Of a stretch of 64,000 nucleotides of DNA, positions 13,112 through 26,153 are shown piece by piece. Source of the stretch: Octopus sinensis (Eukaryota). Each line of letters starts with the position of its first letter. Within the stretch, counting starts at the first letter, position 1. Where the stretch lies: assembly GCF_006345805.1 (NCBI RefSeq), contig NC_043003.1, forward strand, positions 102,920,001-102,984,000. The letters are read 5' to 3'. Made by a program: the position numbers and the translations under genes. A model generated the notes under the pieces. It had not been told where the DNA came from and ran no database searches. It saw nothing but the letters and a program-made list of their open reading frames with translations.

Positions 13112-13265
13112 CCAGACCGGGCGTTGTGTGTGTTTATTGAGCGAAAAAACACCTAAAAGCTCCACGAGGCTCCGGCAGAGGTGGTGATCCCTGCTGTACT
13201 CTTTCACACCACTCTAAAGGCGGTGCTCCAGCATGGCCGCAGTCAAATGACTGAAACAAGTACAA
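13111..13265 (+). mobile_element. Chimeric SINE fragment (family E body joined to family A tail)
   Basis: 13111-13200 matches the reverse complement of ~37270-37350 and ~62790-62870; 13215-13265 is the family A 3' end. Confidence 0.7.
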
Positions 13266-13325
13266 AAAAAAAAAATATATATATATATAGATAAGAAAGT
13301 TGGTTTGTGAAAGCACGTGGGTGAA

Positions 13326-14007
13326 TATATATAAAATAGTAAAGAGTGAAAAAACTATAGAAGGCTTAAATGTTAAAAAATATATATATTTGCGTCAATA
13401 TCTCTGAAGAATATTAGAAAATTTAAAACAAAATTTTTTTCTCTTATAATGACATAATTTAAAAGAAATACCGGTTTCGCGCGTGTAGCTTTTCAAATTT
13501 CTTGCGACGTTATGTTTATGTTGAATAGATTTTTCGTTATGTTTATGTTCAGGAGAGTTCTAAATAAGGGAAGGTAGTGAGTGATTTCTTCCGGTGTAAG
13601 GAGATAATCGCTTAAAAATTTTTTCCTTTCCCTTGGTGTGAATTTCTCTGTATCAGTATGTTCGGATGGTTGAGTCTGGGCTTGTACTTTTCAATGAAGA
13701 ATGTTTCCTTGTTTAGTCTAATTTGGTGTTGATGATCCGAAAGCACATTGGTAAAATGGAAAGATTAAAAATTGTGGTAGTAGTTGCTTTGCGCATTTCT
13801 CAATGTGCTCACTAAAAGGTATCATTCTATATTCTGGGAATGCAATCTGTTGTCGATGCAGTGTGCATCTACGTCTGAGTGATAGTCCCGTGGAACCCAC
13901 GTAGTCTTGGTGGCAGCCCGAGCATTTTATGACATAAATTATGTTTTGAGAGGCACAAGTAAAGTTAGATTTGATCTTGAATTTCTGTCCCTCTTTAAAG
14001 AGGAATT
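13326..14007 (-). mobile_element. Inverted 3'-terminal copy of the adjacent Penelope-like element
   Basis: Reverse complement of ~16700-17372, including the GIY-YIG C-terminal part (ORF 13718-14077). Abuts the start of the + strand copy. Confidence 0.92.
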
Positions 14008-17000
14008 TTGAGAAGAAAAGTTTAAAAGCATCGACGAGGAGATGCACAATATAATACAGAAACATACCGAGGGACAACCCCTCGAAAATACATTAGATCA
14101 TTGGAAGGTTACCTGTGAAAAAGAAGAGAGAAATTCTCTCCTGCGCTGGGAGAAAAACATGGACTTCTTCCAAAAATATAGTGCAACTTTCAAAAATGAA
14201 TTGGGTACAAATAATCCCTTCCTTAAGAAAATTACAAAAAATAAAAAAAGAAAAACCAAACAACCCACGAACAACCCCCAACTATCCTCCATACACTAAA
14301 AACAGAAATCACCCACAACCAACCTTTGCAAACCACGCAAGACCTAACAGGGACTAGCTGACAGACGACGCGTCTATGAATAATTACAACCAAAAAACAG
14401 AACACACCAACAACATCCTAATACCAGACCCAACCACCATACAGCACAAAACGACACTAGAATAAGAAATACACCACACACAAGTCGCTACTACCCCATG
14501 AACCAAAATTACTGGTCCCCACTGAACACAAGACAAACGCAAAAAAACACTATGTCAAGCAACATCCCACATACAAGCAGTTCGAAACAAAAATATTTCT
14601 CATACAGAAATTTTACACACACCACAAACAAAAACACCATAGATTCCCACACACACAACGATCGGGGCAACAATACCACCACTCCCCCGACCCAATATCA
14701 CACAACCTCACAGACAACTCATACAAACAAAATTACACCCAAATTTTTTTAGCCAGGAACCAGGACACCAGGACACAGGCTGGAACCTAGTAATAAGGAA
14801 AAACCGAAGATAATCAATCTTTCAACCAAACCTCTTTCTAACATAAAAATTGACATCCTCTCAAAAGGGCTCAATTTACACCAACTCCACGCAGAGCCAA
14901 CCTAAATGAAATCAAGGATAATATAACAGAATTTTGCAGAAAATTAAGACTAGCAGAAGCATCAACCAGTTTCAATACTGAAGATGAATCACTAGTCAAG
15001 AACAAAAGTGAACACATCCCACACAGAGGAAGAAATAAAGATCTTGACGAATTCTGTAACCACATTGAGAACTTTCCCTACCATACTATACATAAACAGA
15101 AAGTTAACTCAAATTTGAACACTACACAATGGAAAGAACTGATAGAACTTCAAATTGATGAGGATATAACCATTAAGGAAGCAGACAAGGGAAATGCAGT
15201 TGTAATAATGGATACATCATACTACAGAAATCTTGTAATTTCCTTGCTTGATGACGACCTACATTATGAAAAAATTACCAACTACACCCCACAAAAAATA
15301 ATGAAAACTCTATCTTCACTAATTAAAACCCATGAAAAGGAACTAACAACCAAAGAGATTGACTTCCTAACAAACTTTAAATGCAAACCTAGCCTTTTCT
15401 ATGGTCTGCCAAAAATTCATAAAAGTCAAATTATAAATGAAACCATTAAAAAATCACCAAAGACATACATACACACACCTAACCCGGGGGACCTAAAACT
15501 ACGACCCATTGTAGCTGGCCCAACCTGTGAAACACACAGACTAAGTCTACTTATGGACATCCTCCTGAAACCCTTCCTTAAACATATCGATAGCCATATC
15601 AGAGATGACTTAGATATGTTAAACCACCTTCCAAAAAAAGCCAAGAAGAAACAATATCCTGGTTTCATTTGATGTAGTTAACTTATATACCAGTATACCT
15701 CATAATTATGGACTGGAGGCAATACAGTTCTGGTTAGACCAATTTCCGGAAGAAATACCAAAAAGGATCAGTAAAGAATTCATTACTAAATCAATTGAAT
15801 TCATCCTACACAATAACCACTTCATGTTTGACAATACATTTTACCGTCAAAAATCCGGAATTGCTATGGGTACAAGGGCAGCACCAGTCATTGCGAACTT
15901 AACAATGGGATACATGGAAATAATCATTTACCAGGAATCTTTATCAATCTTTGGAAACCCCTCTCTCAATACATAAAAGAATTGGAAACGATTCTTAGAC
16001 GATTGTTTTATTCTCTGGAATGAAAACACAGATAAACTCCTAAAATTTAAAAACCTATTGAACTGCATAAACCCAAATATACAGTTCACAATGGAATACA
16101 ACCAAAAGGAGCTCCCGTTCTTGGATATACTAATTAAAAAATTAACCTTAAAATAGAAACAGACATTTTTTACAAAGCCACAGACGCCAAACAATACCTT
16201 CTTTTTAATTCATGCAACCCAAGACACACTAAAACAAACATCCCCCTCAACCTTGCAAGAAGGATATGCACAATAGTGTCAGAACAAAATACCAGGAACT
16301 TTAGACTGCAAGAACTCAAAAACACCCTAATTGACAGACATTACCCAGCTCAACTCATAGAGAATGGGATCAGACGTGCAACACAAATCAACATAGAAAC
16401 TTTAAGAAAAGTTCAACACAACACACACCTTCCCCCGAATACTACCTTACATATCTACATACAACCCCAGAAACAAAGAAGCCTTCACCATCATCACCCA
16501 GAATTTACCAATACTTCATAAAGACCCCAAATTAAAGGAAATTCTAAACATACACCAAATCATTAAAAGCTACAAACAGCCTAAATCACTCAAAAAGATT
16601 CTCACAAAGGCAAAATTGTCTTCTGAAATTACGGATGCAAAAGTAAAAAAATGTGGTAGATCGAACTGTGCAACATGTCCTAACCTGCTAGAAGGATCAG
16701 AATTCCTCTTTAAAGAGGGACAGAAATTCAAGATCAAATCTAACTTTACTTGTGCCTCTGAAAACATAATTTATGTCATAAAATGCTCGGGCTGCCACCA
16801 AGACTACGTGGGTTCCACGGGACTATCACTCAGACGTAGATGCACACTGCATCGACAACAGATTGCATTCCCAGAATATAGAATGATACCTTTTAGTGAG
16901 CACATTGAGAAATGCGCAAAGGAACTACTACCACAATTTTTAATCTTTCCATTTTACCAATGTGCTTTCGGAACATCAACACAAATTAGACTAAACAAGG

Positions 17001-17366
17001 AAACATTCTTCATTGAAAAGTACAAGCCCAGACTTAACCATCCGAACATACTGATACAGAAAAATTCACACCAAGGGAAAGGAAAAAATTTTAAGCGATT
17101 ATCTCCCTTACACCGGAAGAAATCACTCACTACCTTCCCTTATTTAGAACTCTCCTGAACATAAACATAACGAAAACTCTATTCAACATAAACATAACGT
17201 CGCAAGAAATTTGAAAAGCTACACGCGAAACCGGTCTTTCTTTTAAATTATGTCATTATAAGAGAAAAAATTTTTGTTTTAAATTTTCTAATATTCTTCA
17301 GACATATTGACGCAAATATATACATTTTTTAACATTTAAGCCTTCTGTAGTTTTTTCACTCTTTAC

Positions 17367-17372
<6 letters not shown>
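14008..17372 (+). mobile_element. Penelope-like retroelement (Neptune-type), frameshifted RT + GIY-YIG ORF
   Basis: Motifs IINLS..L....LSKGL, KEADKGNAVVIMD, FYGLPKIHK, LRPIVAG, FDVVNLYTSIP, GIAMGTRAAPVIANL, WKRFLDDCF (~15983) and LPFLDI. Cys linker CGRSNCATC and GIY-YIG in ORF 16616-17158. Several frameshifts. Confidence 0.95.
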
Positions 17373-17442
<70 letters not shown>

Positions 17443-18808
17443 TATATAACTCGAGTGTTGTTCATCCGATCGCGCTGAAATTTTAAACATGAATACATCA
17501 GAAGATTTTCAAATTGTTAGTTTCAAAGTGAGAATCGCTAATTTTGGAATCTTTATGTCCTGTTTGTTCCGCCATTAAAACAACTAGTTGCTCAGACAGC
17601 CAGCACAAACCATTTCGCTAGCAACAAGGGGAGTACAGGATGACAGTCAGCCCAAACTGTCGCTATGCTGTCTCTCTTCATTCCTCTCTCTGTGGCGTTA
17701 ATATTCTTAATCGTTAGTTACAGTTTCTCATTCAAACTACATAATAGGCAGAATTGTCGGATTAAGACGGTAGAGTTTTTTTAGGGAGGAGATTTGGTTG
17801 CTATTTCTACCAGGTCTAGCTACCACGTAGAGGTCCACTCATTGGCTTATACATACATATGTATATATAATATAAATAAAATACTTAAAGCAACAGGCGT
17901 CAAATACAAAAGCCAAGGTCCATGCAGTGTCAAGGGCCAAAAAAATTTTCAACTTCTTGCCTAATGCGAGGCCAGAGCAATCTGTTATCTCTTACACTAT
18001 TTCAGTATTACGTCTGTATTGTTATGTGAGATACTGTCCTATATATTATATATTCCTTATGCTTTCCAAAACCGGGTTACAGATTTTGACATATGGGGTA
18101 TCAAAAGATTCAGTACTATTTTGGCTACAAATTAAACGCAATTTCCATTCACATATTTGCATTTCAAAAAATTAAAATAATCTTTTCCATAAGTCAACTA
18201 TCGTAAAAATTTTATACGATGACGTCACAATTTCTATATGTGTGTGTACCTTAAAAGACATCAATCATCACGACACACATCTTCACTCACTCACTCTATC
18301 TCTCTTTCTCACCCTCTTTCTCTTTCACATACACACGCGCAAGCACGCACGCACATCACACACACGCACACACACACATAAATACACACGTCCATTTCAT
18401 ATAGACGTTCTTTTTGCTTTCTCTTCTATCAATTTCTGCTCTCTTCAAATAAAATTTTTACGGATACAACTGCTTACAAAAACAGGGATTAATGTATAAT
18501 TTCTTTCTATGTTCATAATTTTTTGTTTACAATATTGTGGAAAATATTCCACCAAAGAAAAGATGTAATCTCTCCAGAAACAAGTATAAAGCAAGGAGGA
18601 TTGTAGAAAACCAAAGGAAGCGAGATGAGATTTTCTCAAGATCAGCAAAAGCATGTTGCAGCACTTAATGCTGGATCATTAAATCAATGTTTTAATTATT
18701 AGACAGAGGTCCAATAGAATAGCTCTCAGACACAGACTACGTCCAAATTCGTTCTTTACAACTCCTAAAGCTGTTTTCAGATATGATCCCTCTCATTCTT
18801 ATAAAAAT

Positions 18809-21308
18809 AATCCCCGGAATCCCTGGGTGCATAGAACACGCATTTTCCATCTGGGAAGCCATCACCTGTGCAAAACAAATGAAGAAAAACCTATATATTG
18901 TTTGGCTAGATCTTGCCAATGCTTATGGATCTGTTCCGCACGCAATAATAAAAACAACGATGGACTTCTTTTGGATTCCAAAAGATGTTCGACGAATGCT
19001 CATGTCGTACTACGACAACCTGAGGATGAGATTTACAGCAGGAAAGTTCACAACGGAGTGGCAGCGGCTTGAAATAGGTATTGCAACCGGATGCACGATA
19101 TCAGTCATCTTATTCGTGCTAGTCATGGAAATGCTACTCAGATCTACAAACTGTGAGAAAGCTGTTGCAAAGACACCATTAAGGGCTTTTATGGACGACG
19201 TAACTATATTATCGGAAAGTAGAGAAGCAGCAGAGGGAACGTTAGAGCGGTTGGACGAACTGATAGGATGGGCAAGGATGAAATTCAAAGCCAAAAAATC
19301 TCGAAGCGTGGCTTTCGTGAAAGGAAGGCAAGAAGTGAAATTCAGGATAGGAAGTGAAGACATACCAACGGTGAAAGAACAACCAGTAAAGAGTCTCGGC
19401 AGATGGTATAGAGATTTATTAAATGATAAGAAGCAAGGGAACGAAACACACGAGTTAGTAGAACAAGGATTAAAGGCAATTGACAGAACAACGCTGCCGG
19501 GAAAATTCAAATGTTGGATACTGCAATTTGGGCTGTACCCAAGAATAATGTGGCCATTGCAAATGTACGAAATAGCCTCGAGTAGAGTAGAAAGGATGGA
19601 GCAAAGATGCAGTGTGTTTATCAGAAAATGGCTTGGTCTGCCGAAACCACTGAATACAACTGCACTATATGGAAAACCCGTGCTGCAACTACCAATAACA
19701 TCAATCGCCGAAGAATATAAGGCAAGAAAAGCAAGGATAGTAATGATGCTAAGGTATTCAAAAGATCAGAGCATCCGGGAAAACCCTCCAAAGGTACGAA
19801 CAGGGAGGAAATGGAAGGTGGAAGAGGCAGTAAACAGGGCGATCGGAAAACTAAGGCACGCAGATATAGTCGGAGCGACGCAAGAAGCTAGAACCGGCCT
19901 AGGGTCGCAAAATTTCAGGCCATTTTGCAAGAGCAGTATAAAAGAGATGAAAGAGGCAGTGGTATACGAAGTGAGAAAGGAGGAAGAAGAAAGGCGAAAT
20001 GTACATTTGGTGCAATGCAGTCAACAGGTACAGTGCCTGAGATGGGAGGAATATGTGATCAGCCGCAGAATATCATGGAAGGAACTTTGGGCTTGGGAAC
20101 AAGCAAGTGCATCCTTCCTGATCAAGTCTACCTTCGACGTTCTACCCTCACCGGCGAACTTAGTCCGGTGGAACATAAACAAAACCAATGAGTGTAGATG
20201 CGGAGAGAAAGCGACGGTTAGACATATTCTGTCAGGTTGCAGACTAGCACTCGAAAGATATACATGGCGGCATAATCAAGTCCTCGGTGTCATAAGCGCA
20301 GCACTCAACGAGAAGATCGAGAGGTACAATAGGGGAGAGTACCCAAAAGCGCAGGAAAGTATACTTCCACAAGGAGGGAAAAGGTTATAAAACCAGGCCT
20401 ACAAGTAAAGTATACGAGATAGACGAAAGATGGAAAGGATACTGGGAGGTGGCCACGGACTTGGAAAGACAAATAGTATTTCCACTAATAAAAACAACAA
20501 AAGGACCGGATTTAGTTCTATGGAACAGAGACCGGAGAATGGGAATTTTACTAGAACTGACAGTACCTTGGGAAGAGAACATCGGCAACGCAGAGGAACG
20601 AAAGGAGAAGAGGTATGAAAAGCTAATCGAAGAATGCAGAGAACAGGGATGGAATGAAGAATATTATCACCTGGCAGTGGGGGCTAGAGGCGTCATTGAA
20701 AAGAAAATGACAACGCTTTTCAAAAGAAGATTTGTTTTTTCTAGCCCCGAGCTGCGTAAACTAATAAGGAGAGTACAGGACGCGGTCGAAAAAGCCAGCT
20801 TCTATATATGGCTGAAGCGGGAAGACTGAAAATGGCTTGAAAGTCATAAACACGCCGACGGGAAATAACATCATTAGGTGAGACAAGCTGACTGATCAGC
20901 TTCGCTGACTGACAGGTGACGGTCGTTTAGAAAAAGCGCGGGCTAAAACTACGCGCCTTCACTAGTCAGTTAAGGTGAGATAGTGTCACGTGACAACTTG
21001 CTGGGGCTGCCTGCTGGAGCCTATGAGGCAGGTATTTAAACGGAGAAATTTGACAAGATAGTCAGTCACCGGCTGACACTCGCTGACGATACATCGAAGA
21101 GGCCAGGGAACAGAAGAAAGAAGACATGCACCCAACACCAGAGCTGAAGACACCTCCGAAGGGGGGGGGGGGCGCCACGTCAAAACGGTAGAGGAGTAGG
21201 GGCCGAAACCGGACGTGGTTCCTCCTGATGATGTCTTGAGCTAACTGGATCCTATAAAGGAGCTGTTGTGGTAGCAGCCTACGAAACACGGTTGTAATTC
21301 CTAATAAC
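18809..21308 (+). mobile_element. 5'-truncated HERO-type non-LTR retrotransposon (RT + Cys/His knuckle + restriction-like endonuclease)
   Basis: ORF 18783-20390 has PGIPGCIEH, WLDLANAYGSVPH, GIATGCTIS, AFMDDV and CRCG..ATVRHILSGC..ALERYTWRHNQVL. After a frameshift, ORF 20449-20829 has PDLVLW..ILLELTVPWEE..ERKEKRY (PD-(D/E)xK). Confidence 0.9.
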
Positions 21309-21950
21309 TCTGTCTAAATTGGTGTGCTAAACACAAATTGTCATTTCTGTAGAGCTTTAAAATTTTCATATGAAACAAATGGTATGTGCTGCTCAGGCGG
21401 TCAGGTAACATTGTCAGCACTACGAGCTCTTTGTCAACCTCTTATGTATCTTCTAGAAGGCATTTCCATCCAGTCAAAGGATTTTCTGAACAATATCAGA
21501 CAATACAACTCTGCAAATGACATCGTTTGGAGCATCTAAGAAGACAGATAAACATGAATTTGCGCCGACGTCAAAGTTCAAGAGCAAAGTTCAAGAGTAA
21601 CAGGGAACCTCATTGGTTCCCTGTTACTCACAAATGAACAACCACAGTTCCTCCAAATTTACTTTATGAGTGATGTAGGACAACAAAGCCGAAGGAGGTG
21701 TCAACATTTCAGATGATGGGTCATGTTAGACACAGCGCCGACTGCTGCAAAAGAAAGTATATCCACTGACAGCTTCTCGGTGCATTCAAAAATCACACAA
21801 CCCTCACAGTTTAGAGTCTGAAATACTCCAAACGGACGCATAGCATGTTGCTTAGTCGAATTAGCCCATCATTTACTCCACAAATGTTTTGTTGTCAATG
21901 CTACACTTTCCCATATCACCTGTTTCAACATAACTGTAATATATTATATA

Positions 21951-23239
21951 TCAGGTCATCCCATAAGTTCTGTCCGAATTTTGAATAAAGAAAGCAAGTG
22001 ATCAAATGTTATATTTAATTGAAATTTAATCATCAATGTACTTTCCCTGATTACCTCTGGCTTCCTTCCATCTATTTACAAGCTTTTTAATCCCATCAAT
22101 GTAAAACTCTTTTGGTTTCAAAACGAAGAACTCTGAAACGTCAGTTTTGACCTCCTCCTGGCTTGCGAAAGTTATGTCTTCCCAAATGATTCTGTAAACT
22201 ACGAAACAAATGGTAGTCTGAAAGAGCAAGGTCGGGAGAATAAGGTGGATGAGGAATTTTTTCCCAACCAAACTCTTCGATCTTCTGTGATGTAATCTTT
22301 GCAGTGTAGGGTAGCGCATTGTCCTGATAAAACATCACTCCTTTTCGATTCACTAAATGGGTCTTTTTTTTCTTCAAAGCTTGGTTCAAACCCTCTAATT
22401 GCTGACAGTAGACTTGAGCATTGATTGTTGCATTAGGTGGTAACAATTCAAAGTGAATTACTCGTTTGCAATCCCATCAGATAGAGAGCAGAACCTTTTC
22501 CCCATGAAGTTCCCTTCTCGGTTGTGGTTGAGCTTTTCCCCTTTTACCAAGCCACTGTTTACGACGTTTAACATTTCGATAGAAGATCCTTTTTTCGACA
22601 CCAATCACAAGTCTATTCAAAAAGAGAGAAATGAGTTCGCGAGAATGGAGAGAAAAGCAGATGTCAACTCAGGATTTGCAGTTGCTTTCGGACAATTCAT
22701 GAGGCAGCCATTTTCCAAGTTTAGGAAGCTTTCCCAGTTGTTGAAGATGACGATGAACAGTTGTATGGTTTGAACTAAGCTTTGTTGCCAATTCTTCAAC
22801 TGTTAATGCAGGATTTTCTTCAAGTAATGCCTCAAGGAACTTATCATCAAACTCAACTGGACGTCCTGTTCGATCTTCCTCTTCAAGGCTGAAATCTCCA
22901 TTTCTAAATTTTGCAAGCCACCTTCTGTAAGTTCTTTCATTCAAGCATTATTTCCCATAAACTGGGTGTATGTTTCGAGTTGATTCGGTTGCAGAGTTTC
23001 CTTTTTTGTACTCATAAAGCATTATGTGCCTCAAATGCTCTTTGGATACTTCCATGTTAGAAAGTGTTTTAGTCAAAGAAATTTTAATTCTATTATTCTG
23101 TAAAATAATATTTAATAAGTTTAAATGTATACAAATGCATAAAAATAATTTTTAATTCCATTAGGTATTCTAAAATACTATTAAATTTCATTCAACTTTA
23201 AAAAAAGTAAAATTGGACAGAACTTATGGGATGACCTGA
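21951..23239 (-). mobile_element. Full-length (1289 bp) mariner element with defective DD34D transposase (22026-23055)
   Basis: 25-bp TIR tcaggtcatcccataagttctgtcc at both ends; TA at 21949-50 and 23240-41. Peptides MEVSKEHLRHIMLYEYKKG, WLPHEL and QDNA..HPPYSPDLALSD (34 residues between D and D). Contains stops and frameshifts. Confidence 0.95.
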
Positions 23240-23307
23240 TACAAAATATGCCATTTTAACCCGAGCAACGCCGGGTGTCTCTGCTTGTACACACATACAT
23301 ACATACA

Positions 23308-23396
<89 letters not shown>

Positions 23397-23904
23397 AGCT
23401 CATAATTACCGAGATTACTGTTGCTGTTATCAATAATTATAATATTAAAGGCATCATATTCATTAGTATCGTATTATCGTAAGTTATTGCGTACAAACTT
23501 TTACTTTCGACGTACGTACACCTGCTCTTTCCCCTACTCCCTTCTCCCCTTCTTGAGTTTTACTTTCCCTTTATCTATTATTTTCTATTCTTTCTCAGTC
23601 CAGGTGTCGACTGATGGAACAGTATCTATTTTCTACTCAGCTCACCTTGGCAAACGGATCTCTTCTGAAGGACGTTTGTCTCGTCTTATATCCTATTATT
23701 TCTTTCACTTAACTCTCCATCTCTGTTTTTCCTCAACCTATTCCTCTATACATAGATTTTCTCTTATAGTTTCCACTGGGTGTGACGATAATATATGGCG
23801 GCTCGTGATCATATCTTATCTTATCATCAACTCTTTATCCTGAAGCTGGAATGAGAAGGTTCACATACGATAATTACTGGTCTCAATCATTATTTAGCAG
23901 AATT

Positions 23905-24080
23905 GATTAAAGTGCACTTTTGTTCCAGTTCTTTACATTCTGAATTCAAATTTCACAGAGGTAAACTTTACCTTTCATCCTTTGTCGTCGATAAAATAAC
24001 GTACCAGTCAAGAATTGGAGGTTGGTGGTATTGACTAAGTTCCTTCCGTCAAAACAGCTAGACTTGTACCTAAATCAGAA
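23905..24080 (+). mobile_element. SINE family B, diverged
   Basis: 'attctgaattcaaatttc...ctttcatcctttgtcgtcgataaaataacgtaccag'. Confidence 0.65.
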
Positions 24081-24084
24081 ACCT

Positions 24085-24640
24085 ACAAACTTTTACTATC
24101 GTCGAGGGTTTCCTTCTTTCACGCTGTCTAGCACATCTCGTTTTTCCTCTCTCCCTGATATCACTTGTGAAGAAAAATCTGTTCCCTGTTGATCAAATCT
24201 TGGAAAGCACGTTCGACTAGTATTAGTATAGAATCCGCACTGTCTTTTAATATCTACCATGATAAGTAAGAAAGATGGCCTTTCCCCTATTATCTCCAAA
24301 CCGCCAATCGCTATAAACACCTCTCCTCCACTACTACAAATCCATACAAGCCACACAAACTCGCCAGCCGGCCATAATTTCCACCTTTTGCAATCACTGC
24401 AATGCGGGCAATTTTTGAGACATTATGGAAAGATGTTGCTTCTCACCAATTGAGACAAAGCGCCAGTTTAAAGTATATTTCCACCTCCTTCTAGCAAAAT
24501 ACACATTTCAAACAAACCCGCTAATCTACTGCAAGCGTCTCCTTTCCCACCCGAAACTCCTCTTTCTCCTTTCCTACCAACATACTGTGAACATTTTTAG
24601 CAATGTTATTCAGAGACATGAATAATGTTTTATTAGAAGA
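24085..24640 (-). pseudogene. Possible L1/Tx1-like LINE 3' remnant
   Basis: Degraded Cys-containing peptide (CPHCSDC) and tail layout on the minus strand. Recognised by eye only. Confidence 0.3.
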
Positions 24641-24944
24641 GCAGTAACTCTAAATGAAATTCTTCTTGTTGGAAACAAGAACTTTACACTCCTCAAAAGG
24701 GTGGTTACTTCTAATAAAATGCTGCTCGGTAAGACGTAAGCTGCAGTGAAGGGGATCAATCTTGGCGAGTGGTAACTTCAAAAATCTACAAGGAGAATAC
24801 GTAAACTTTCGATGAAAACTAACAATGCAGTGACATCACTTCAGTCCTGACAGGTAAGCTCTGTATTGTTTGAGGTGTATTAAACTGCATAAGGTTCGAG
24901 TTGTATTGAATTTGTTGATATAAAACATGCCAAAATCACGCGTG

Positions 24945-25170
24945 GTGTGTGGTAAGAAGAGCACCTCCCTACCACTTGGTTCCGGGTTCAGTCTCAGTGT
25001 GGCCCTTTGGGCACTTTCTACTAGCCTTGTGAGTGGATTTAGTAGACGGAAACTGAAGGAAGCCCATCGTGTATATGTATATATATACGTGTGTGCGTGT
25101 GCATGTTTATCCCTCACCACCGCTTGACAACCGGTGTAGGAGTGTTTCCGTTCCCGTAACTTAGCAGTTC
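24945..25170 (+). mobile_element. SINE family A (head and centre)
   Basis: 'gtgtgtggtaagaag...ggttccgggttcagtctcag...agccttgtgagtggatttagtagacggaaactgaaggaagccc'. Confidence 0.75.
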
Positions 25171-25899
25171 GGTACTTCGATAATAAATGACAAAGATATC
25201 TTTATTCCGGTTAACTACATTAATAGACAAGTTGGGTAACACCATGATGTTTATTGCAGCGTATATGGAAGTCATGGATATGGTACGAGAAAAGGAATCA
25301 AGGAACTTGGAGTTTTCTGACTCAGATCATCTAATCATATTCAAAACTATCTTCACAAAACCAGCCACCCTGATCACGTACCGGTCAGTGTTCATCTGAC
25401 ATAAAATTATAATCGCTGTCGACAAATGGCAGCAGTATATCAACTGCTAAAAGAGGAAAAGCGATGCTCTAGAAAAAAGCAACTACCGGGTGCACCGAAT
25501 TCACGAGCTAGGTTTCGAAAGGGTATGTGTATTGAGCAACTTAGAAAGACTATTAGTCTAAACGAGGCTTGTACCTGACGAAGTATCATCGATGCTCACT
25601 TCCTAATGAGACAAATGCCGGAGAAATTTCTTATCAAAATTGAAACCACTATACCCAGTATTCGCCGACCTGAAGAAACATGTGGTAAGATACCACGCTC
25701 TCCATTCTTGAAGTCGGTAAATAATTTAGAAAATAAATGGCTTGTATAATCCATGTAAACTTTGTACAGAAATACCGTGAGGAAATTAGTTGTTAATCAG
25801 GATCCTTACTGCTCAGAAGCTGAGCTGAGTTCCACAGACCAACGATCATGGCTTCGTACTACGAAGTCAAAGTGTTCGAGAATTATTTCTATAGTTCTC

Positions 25900-26153
25900 T
25901 TTTGCCGAACCGCTAAGTTACGGGGACGTAAACACACCAGCATCGGTTGTCAAACACAGACACACACACACACACATATATACATATATACGACGGGCTT
26001 CTTTCAGTTTCCGTCTACCAAATCCACTGACAAGGTTTTGGTCGTCCCGAGGCTATAGTAGAAGACACTTGCCCAAGGTGCCATGAAGTGGGACTGAACC
26101 CGGAACCATGTGGTTCATAAGCAAGAAACTTACCACACAGCCACTCCTGCGCC
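25900..26153 (-). mobile_element. SINE family A
   Basis: Matches the 38210-38498 copy. Confidence 0.85.

Larger units (their letters stand above)
17430..23287 (+). mobile_element. Internally deleted Helitron remnant, interrupted by HERO and mariner insertions
   Basis: Rep N-terminal peptide KAVFRYDPSHSYKNNP (to 18814) continues as SV*IGVLNTNCHFCRALKFSYETNGMCCSGGQV...NNIRQYNS..MTSFG (from 21309). 3' hairpin acccgagcaacgccgggt (23259-23276) followed by CTTG (CTAG-like). The 5' boundary is uncertain. Confidence 0.7.

Noticed and set aside
18783-18810. ATG of the 535-aa ORF as a genuine start of the HERO protein
   Set aside because: The first residues come from the flanking Helitron in another frame; the element is 5'-truncated within the RT.
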